Below, one piece after another: positions 26,572 to 32,000 of a stretch of DNA of 32,000 bases (its first letter is position 1; every line of letters starts with the position of its first letter). Below the pieces are notes generated by a model. It did not search any database and had not been told where the DNA came from. It saw nothing but the letters and a program-made list of their open reading frames with translations. Source of the stretch: Fastidiosibacter lacustris (GTDB taxonomy: Bacteria; Pseudomonadota; Gammaproteobacteria; Francisellales; Francisellaceae); assembly GCF_003428155.1 (NCBI RefSeq), contig NZ_QLIR01000016.1, positions 1-32,000 of the forward strand, written 5' to 3'. A program made the translations under genes and the position numbers.

Positions 26572-27849
26572 ATGAAACTTAAGATGATCGTAGCAGCGGT
26601 TGCTGCAACTGCAAGCGCTTCAGCTTTTGCAGCTGGTTCAATGAATGATCAAGTACAAAACGGTGGCGGTATCGTTAACGTTCGTACAGATGCGCAATAT
26701 GCGCAACAAATGCTAAACAACCAGCAGGTAACTGGTTCTGTATTGAATATTTTGAATGCACGTCAATCAGGTGATCTAGCCTCTAACGCTATCTATATTG
26801 GTGGAAAAGGTGAGATTTACGCGCAATATCAGAATACTTCAAGTGCCCCTAATTCAAACAATAACAGTAAAACTGAAATTAAAATGCCTTATGCTGATTT
26901 AGCATTTACATCAACTATTGGTGATTGGGTAAGTGGTTTTGCTGATATTCAAGTTAATAATGCTGCTAGTAGTAGTGTAATATTGCCAAGTGCTTATTTT
27001 ATTTTTGGTAACTTGTCTAAGTCTCCATTCTACGCATTTGGTGGTAAAAAAGTAGTTGAATTTGGTAAATTTGATTCAGTCACTAACTTTATGCCAACCT
27101 TAACCCGTGCTTACTTTATAGCTTATGGTGGTCAAGTCGGTGCTGGTTTTACTATGAATGGTTTAGACGTTGTTGCTACTTTAATGAATGGTAAAGGCAC
27201 TGCAATGATGAACTCTCAAGCATCAAGTGCACAACAAATTAATGATTTTGCAATTAATGCTTCATATAACGGTAAAGCAGGTAACTTAGGCTACTATGCA
27301 GGTGCGGGTTATATTAATGCAACAGGTTTCTCTGGTAATCCAACTGGTGCAAATAACAAAATGGTGGGTGCATTAGATTTTAACGCTGGTTTCAACATCC
27401 AAGGTCTTGCAGTTAATGGTGAGTTTTTAGTAACAACTTCTGGCGTTCATGGTATGAATAAGACTGCATTTGGTTCTAATACCATTCCTGGCGTTGCATC
27501 TCATCCTGATACAGCAGGGGCAACAGCGTTTGCTATTAATGCACTTCCAACGTTAATTACTTTTGGCGGTACAACAGCGGGTGCATCTAATTGTACGGTT
27601 AAAGCGTGGAGCTTAGACTCTTCTTACACGATACCTGTTGCTGGTAAAGACATGGTGCCTTATGTATCTTATAGTCAAGTAGCACAAAACTCTGACAATA
27701 ACTTATATCAATTAGAACTTGGTACGCGTTATAACATTGTCGACACTGTTTGGCTTGGTGGTTCTTATAACTATATGTCTGGTAAATCAACAGGTACCAA
27801 AGTGGGTAGCTTCAACACAATTATGTTGGATGCAACTGTTTACTTCTAA
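26572..27849 (+). CDS. Large outer-membrane beta-barrel porin (major outer membrane protein-like)
   Basis: The signal peptide is MKLKMIVAAVAATASASAFA/AG. The composition is Gly/Asn/Tyr-rich with alternating strands, and it ends in an aromatic residue (...LDATVYF). A strong SD sequence, GAGGAG, and a downstream terminator are present. The family (Legionella/Coxiella MOMP-like?) is not certain. Confidence 0.7.
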   Translation: MKLKMIVAAVAATASASAFAAGSMNDQVQNGGGIVNVRTDAQYAQQMLNNQQVTGSVLNILNARQSGDLASNAIYIGGKGEIYAQYQNTSSAPNSNNNSKTEIKMPYADLAFTSTIGDWVSGFADIQVNNAASSSVILPSAYFIFGNLSKSPFYAFGGKKVVEFGKFDSVTNFMPTLTRAYFIAYGGQVGAGFTMNGLDVVATLMNGKGTAMMNSQASSAQQINDFAINASYNGKAGNLGYYAGAGYINATGFSGNPTGANNKMVGALDFNAGFNIQGLAVNGEFLVTTSGVHGMNKTAFGSNTIPGVASHPDTAGATAFAINALPTLITFGGTTAGASNCTVKAWSLDSSYTIPVAGKDMVPYVSYSQVAQNSDNNLYQLELGTRYNIVDTVWLGGSYNYMSGKSTGTKVGSFNTIMLDATVYF

Positions 27850-27874
27850 TCTGACTGATTAGTTTAGATATATT

Positions 27875-27905
27875 AAAAGGTCGCTGATGCGGCCTTTTTT
27901 ATTTT
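27875..27905 (+). terminator. Rho-independent terminator after the porin gene
   Basis: AAAAGGTCGC (27875-27884) pairs with GCGGCCTTTT (27889-27898) across the loop tgat, with one G:U pair. It is followed by TTTTATTTT. Confidence 0.65.
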
Positions 27906-27992
27906 GTAGTTTAAGCAAAAAGTGATTTTACAAAAATACCTTGTTAGTATGGCACAACCTTGATCACACTTTCTTTGGTTGAAGGAAATGAT

Positions 27993-28907
27993 ATGACTGA
28001 AAAGTCACATTTTTACGCTCCTAAATATTGGGGCTTACAATTATTTTTCTTATTCGCGCGGTTGTTTGTGCGATTACCCTATCGCTGGCAAATGCGTTTT
28101 GGTGTGCGCCTTGGGCGAATGATATATCCCTTTTTAAGGCGACGTAAACATATTACGATGATTAACCTTAAAATTGCATTTCCAAATAAAAGTACACATG
28201 AACTTACTGTATTGTGTAAAAAATGCTTTGATTCGATTGCGGTTTCTGGGATTGAAACGATGATTGCCTGGTTTATGCCTAAGCATCAATTTCAAAAGAT
28301 CAAAATTGATACACATGGTATGGAACATTTTGAAAACGTGCATAATGATCCTAGAAAAGGGGCATTGATGCTGGGCTCACATTTTACTTGTATGGAAATC
28401 ATTGGGCGATACATTGGGGAAAACTACTCTCCTTTTTATTTGGTATACCAAAAGCATAAAAATACACTTTTTGAGCATACGATGACAACAGCGCGTGAGA
28501 AGTATGTAACACAATGTTTACAGCGCAAAAATGTTGTCTCAATCGTTAAGATGCTTAAGCGCAATGCTTCGGTGTGGTATGCCCCAGATCAAGATTTTGG
28601 CGCTGAGCGTAGTATATTTGTGCCATTTTTTAGCAAGACTTGTTCGACTTTAGTTGCAACCTCGTGGCTTGCAGAAAAAACATCTGCTAAGGTTATCCCC
28701 TGTTATTATACACGTAAAGTAGATTTCTCAGGTTATGACATTTATGTATTGCCTGTGCTTGAAAATTTCCCTTCAGGTGACGATTATCAAGATGCGCTTC
28801 GTTATCACCAGATCTTAGAAAAAGCAATTTGTGAGTTTCCAGACCAATATCTATGGCAACATAGGCGTTATAAGTCGCGCCCGCCAGGTGAAGAAGGAGT
28901 ATATTGA
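27993..28907 (+). CDS. lpxL: Lipid A biosynthesis late acyltransferase (LpxL/HtrB/MsbB family)
   Basis: It begins FYAPKYWGLQLFFLFARLFVRLPYRWQMRFGVRLGRMIY and contains INLKIAFP, the catalytic-region MLGSHFTCMEI, and YAPDQDFG. The ATG at 27993 follows GAAGGA. Confidence 0.8.
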   Translation: MTEKSHFYAPKYWGLQLFFLFARLFVRLPYRWQMRFGVRLGRMIYPFLRRRKHITMINLKIAFPNKSTHELTVLCKKCFDSIAVSGIETMIAWFMPKHQFQKIKIDTHGMEHFENVHNDPRKGALMLGSHFTCMEIIGRYIGENYSPFYLVYQKHKNTLFEHTMTTAREKYVTQCLQRKNVVSIVKMLKRNASVWYAPDQDFGAERSIFVPFFSKTCSTLVATSWLAEKTSAKVIPCYYTRKVDFSGYDIYVLPVLENFPSGDDYQDALRYHQILEKAICEFPDQYLWQHRRYKSRPPGEEGVY

Positions 28908-29506
28908 TGACTACATGGCGCCAATTACGCTTGATTTTACTTATGGTTTGTATCTTATCATTAACTGCTTGTACCCTATTTAAAACACGTGCAATTAACA
29001 CACCTAGAGTAGAAGTGTTTAAAAACCAATGGATTACGCTACCAACGCCACAGATGCTGGATTTAGATTTCACTGCAACTCAAATTCTAAGTGCAACGTA
29101 CAGCATTAAAGGCAAAGCAGAATCCTATATAACAGAAGTGCAAGTTGAAGTAGCACGCAATAAAATCGTTTTGGTTGCAGCAGCTGGTTGGGGAGGGTCG
29201 ATATTTTCATTGTTATATGATGGTAAAACCATTGAAAGTAGTAGCTTACCGATGCCACATGCCGATATGGGAGTTAAGCAAAGTCTAATTGATTTTATTT
29301 TTACTTATGCTCCAACAAATGTATTAAAAACCATGCTTGCTGATAGCCACATAACTCTTGAGGTTGAACCCAACAGACGCTTATTCTATATTGGTACTCA
29401 GCTGGTCATGAAGATTGATTATCAAAATCAACAAGATTTATATTCAGTTGTGCACCTCTATAACTATCAATATCATTATCAAATTAAGATTAAGACGTTA
29501 TTATAG
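28907..29506 (+). CDS. Small lipoprotein translationally coupled to lpxL (possibly DUF3261-like)
   Basis: The start ATG shares its A with the lpxL stop (TGATG, 28905-28909), and AAGGAG lies upstream. The lipobox is LSLTAC. The DUF3261 resemblance (...LVAAAGWGGSIFSLLYDGKTIESSSLP...) is from memory only. Confidence 0.6.
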   Translation: MTTWRQLRLILLMVCILSLTACTLFKTRAINTPRVEVFKNQWITLPTPQMLDLDFTATQILSATYSIKGKAESYITEVQVEVARNKIVLVAAAGWGGSIFSLLYDGKTIESSSLPMPHADMGVKQSLIDFIFTYAPTNVLKTMLADSHITLEVEPNRRLFYIGTQLVMKIDYQNQQDLYSVVHLYNYQYHYQIKIKTLL

Positions 29507-29651
29507 ATGAATGATTCCTTTGTTACATGCTTTGAAACTCAAGAGGGTATTTTTTGAATTTATTAGACATGAAATCTATGGATATATGGAGCATATAGAG
29601 TTATTTTAATTAACTTGTTGTTCAAATAGCTTTTGAGAAAGGAGAATCCAA

Positions 29652-31055
29652 ATGTTCAAATTTAGTGCAACTTATACCGATTTTTATCAATTGACAATGG
29701 CGCAATGCTATTTTTTAGAAGGTAGAAAGTTTCAAACTGCCACTTTTGATTATTTTTTTCGTAAACATCCCTTTAATGGTGGTTATGCTATATTTGCCGG
29801 ATTACAAAGCTTATTGGAGATATTGGATGGTTTTCTCTTTACCGAACAAGATTTGATATTTTTACAAAGACAAGGTTTTAATCAGCATTTTTTAAATTAT
29901 TTACAAGATTTCAGTTTTCAAGGAGATATCTACTCATTCCAAGAAGGAGATATTGTTTTTCCCAATCAGCCAATTTTAACAGTTTGTGCGAATATTATTG
30001 AAGCCCAAATCGTTGAAACAATCCTTTTAAACGTCTTAAATTTTCAAACCTTGATTGCAACGAAAGCAAGTAGAATACGCCAAGTTGCCAAGGATAAACG
30101 GCTACTTGAATTTGGTCTTCGACGTGCTCAAGGTCCTGGTGGTTTTTTTGCATCACGCGCCGCAATTATTGGGGGATTTGATGCTACAAGCAACGTTCAA
30201 GCAAGTCGAGTACATAATATTCCCGTTGCTGGGACAATGGCGCATTCGTTTATTCAAAGCTATGAAAATGAGCTCGAAGCTTTTCGTCAATATGCAAAAA
30301 GTTTTCCTCACAACACCACTTTATTGGTAGATACCTATAATACATTAAAAAGTGGAATTCCCAATGCAATTACAGTTGCCAAAGAAATGGAAAGCCAGGG
30401 GTTAAGACTAAAGGGTATTCGTTTGGACAGCGGTGATTTAGCATATTTATCAAAAAAAGCAAGGCACATGCTTGATACCGAAGACTTGCAATATGTTGGT
30501 ATTACCGTATCTAATCAGTTAGATGAATCTGTTGTGAAAAGCTTAATCGAACAAGATGCACCTATTGATAGTTTTGGCATTGGGACGTCTTTGGCAATTG
30601 GTTACCCAGATGCTGCTTTAGATGGTGTTTATAAATTGGCACAAATTGATGATCGTCTATGTATTAAGATTTCTGAAAGCATCACAAAAACCACTTTGCC
30701 AGGACATAAACAAGTATACCGTCTTCTGGATCATAACAACCAGTTTTATGGTGGTGATGTTATAACGTTTTTTGATGAAAAATCGATTACCCAAATGCAT
30801 CACCCATTTGAAGCTTTCAAGCATTTGAATATTGATGGTATTGCAAAAGAACCTTTATTACATAAAGTAATGCAGCAAGGGAAGGTTTTATCAAAACAGC
30901 AAGATTTAAATATGATTGCACAATATTGTCGTCAGCGTTTGTCACAACTGCCATCAGAATATAAACGAACAACAAACCCGCATTTATATAAAGTTGGAAT
31001 GAGTGATGCCTTAAAACAAAAGCGTGATCAATTGATTGAGCAATATCATATATAG
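29652..31055 (+). CDS. pncB: Nicotinate phosphoribosyltransferase
   Basis: It begins YTDFYQLTMAQCYF and contains FGLRRAQGPGG, AGTMAHSFIQ, LLVDTYNT, GIRLDSGDL and SFGIGTSL. An SD sequence, AAGGAG, precedes the start. Confidence 0.9.
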   Translation: MFKFSATYTDFYQLTMAQCYFLEGRKFQTATFDYFFRKHPFNGGYAIFAGLQSLLEILDGFLFTEQDLIFLQRQGFNQHFLNYLQDFSFQGDIYSFQEGDIVFPNQPILTVCANIIEAQIVETILLNVLNFQTLIATKASRIRQVAKDKRLLEFGLRRAQGPGGFFASRAAIIGGFDATSNVQASRVHNIPVAGTMAHSFIQSYENELEAFRQYAKSFPHNTTLLVDTYNTLKSGIPNAITVAKEMESQGLRLKGIRLDSGDLAYLSKKARHMLDTEDLQYVGITVSNQLDESVVKSLIEQDAPIDSFGIGTSLAIGYPDAALDGVYKLAQIDDRLCIKISESITKTTLPGHKQVYRLLDHNNQFYGGDVITFFDEKSITQMHHPFEAFKHLNIDGIAKEPLLHKVMQQGKVLSKQQDLNMIAQYCRQRLSQLPSEYKRTTNPHLYKVGMSDALKQKRDQLIEQYHI

Positions 31056-31240
31056 CCATCGCCTCACCCTAACACATGGTGTAAACAAGCTTACGTTTAC
31101 ATTCCCTAACGATTCCTAATTTGTAATCTACTACATACAGCTTGATACATAAGATAGATATTTTCTTGCGCAAAATTCTGTTAACTTCAATTTTCTGCTT
31201 GCTCGGCAAGACTTTCCAACAGAAATATAAGGTGAACTTT

Positions 31241-32000
31241 ATGCAGAATTTTGGTCGTTTGATCTTTTTTGTTTCTCTTTTTTTTATATCTTTAGTCAAA
31301 TATGCAAATTCTAATGACTTGAGCCTTGATAACTCAACTATCTTCGATTATGGATGCAAGGAACAAAACAATTCAAAATTTAAAGTCATAGTAGAAAAAT
31401 ATGAGCGTCAGCTGTTTTCATTATATGAAAAATGTACTCACATAAATCTTATACGCTCCAATGACCCTAATGTAATAATATCGAACTTTGAGAACGCCTT
31501 AGAGAAGAAAGACATATGCCATGTGTCAACGCACGATATAAAAAAAATGATTTTAGATCGAGGGTATTCGGAAATCACAATGTTGCATATAGCAGCACTA
31601 TTTCCAAAACATAAACTCTATGAAGAAATTTTAAATTTAATAAGATTAGATGCTGATGCAATTGAAGATATAACAGGGGCAACGCCAGAAGATATTAGAA
31701 ATTTAGTTTTTATTGATACTTCAAAAATTGGTCAGGTAGAAGATGGTGTACTTTATAGTAATCACATTAAAAAATCATGTTCTGATATTATTGATAGCTG
31801 GCATAGTAATTATACTAATATAATTTATGATTTAAATAATGTGCTATCTAAAAATTTTGGGTTAAATTATCAACTAAAGTTAAATAACGAATCGCTCAAG
31901 GAAATTTGTATAAATCACAATATCTGTTTATTTTTACCGAATAAAAAACAAAGAAAAAAAATGCAACCAAAGTTAGAGCATTTATTTAAAGACGAGAGGG
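31241..32000 (+). CDS. 5' part of an ORF running off the right edge: signal/anchor peptide plus at least one ankyrin-like repeat; very AT-rich
   Basis: It is absent from the supplied ORF track because it has no stop in the window. I translated it by hand from the ATG at 31241 (SD sequence AAGGTG 8 nt upstream) and found 253 codons with no stop up to position 32000. It reads MQNFGRLIFFVSLFFISLVKYANS... ...YSEITMLHIAALFPKHKLYEEILNLIRLDADAIEDITGATPEDI... The TxLHxAA ... GAD..... G.TP pattern has a period of about 35 aa. Confidence 0.55.
   Translation, partial: MQNFGRLIFFVSLFFISLVKYANSNDLSLDNSTIFDYGCKEQNNSKFKVIVEKYERQLFSLYEKCTHINLIRSNDPNVIISNFENALEKKDICHVSTHDIKKMILDRGYSEITMLHIAALFPKHKLYEEILNLIRLDADAIEDITGATPEDIRNLVFIDTSKIGQVEDGVLYSNHIKKSCSDIIDSWHSNYTNIIYDLNNVLSKNFGLNYQLKLNNESLKEICINHNICLFLPNKKQRKKMQPKLEHLFKDER

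Noticed and set aside
31056-31240. Search for PmrA-type tandem TTAATATT boxes or other effector-regulon motifs upstream of the ankyrin-like ORF; also minus ORF 31069..31299
   Set aside because: I found no convincing tandem box, only AT-rich sequence and a 7-bp hairpin (TGTAAAC...GTTTACA) after pncB without a U-tract. The minus ORF overlaps the start of the plus-strand gene, is lysine-rich low complexity, and is likely spurious.
1-32000. CRISPR arrays, tRNA, rRNA, tmRNA or riboswitch-like elements in intergenic regions
   Set aside because: I scanned each intergenic gap by eye: 858-1300, 4459-4727, 9810-10088, 12345-12683, 17572-17812, 20453-20694, 22755-22889, 25683-25816, 26423-26571, 27850-27992, 29507-29651, 31056-31240. 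I saw no regularly spaced repeats, cloverleaf-compatible sequences or conserved riboswitch cores. This is a visual negative, not a covariance-model search.

Overview
The window looks like a chromosomal segment of a low-GC gammaproteobacterium, roughly 35-40% G+C by hand counts. Gene content suggests a host-associated Legionellales- or Thiotrichales-like lineage, but the species cannot be determined from sequence alone. Most of it is housekeeping: ubiG-gph, aroE, rluC, kbl-tdh, a complete tolQRAB-pal-cpoB operon, fabI, a LOG-family gene, sucCD, bamE, diaA, a 2-Cys peroxiredoxin, a large porin, lpxL and pncB.

Seven things stand out:
1. The left edge carries the C-terminal nuclease tip of a polymorphic toxin, start/stop-coupled to a small putative immunity gene. 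This block has higher GC and is followed by an IS630/Tc1-like transposase remnant and an orphan secreted Ser/Asn/Thr-rich protein.
2. An ocd-arcA-(CtlX-like pentein hydrolase) cluster predicts a non-canonical arginine -> citrulline -> ornithine -> proline route, with no arcB/arcC/arcD in the window.
3. In that cluster, arcA is frameshifted at a G9 homopolymer just before its catalytic-Cys motif. This is either a phase-variation switch, a pseudogene or a homopolymer sequencing error.
4. A 3-methyladenine DNA glycosylase gene is interrupted by an in-frame TGA.
5. Two oppositely oriented IS256-family transposase fragments lie between tdh and the tol-pal operon.
6. A very AT-rich ORF runs off the right edge, is absent from the supplied ORF track, and contains an ankyrin-like repeat, making it a candidate eukaryote-like effector.
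7. An LpxL-family acyltransferase is translationally coupled to a small lipoprotein.

I found no rRNA, tRNA or CRISPR array. All family assignments come from motif recognition by eye and need HMM or BLAST confirmation.
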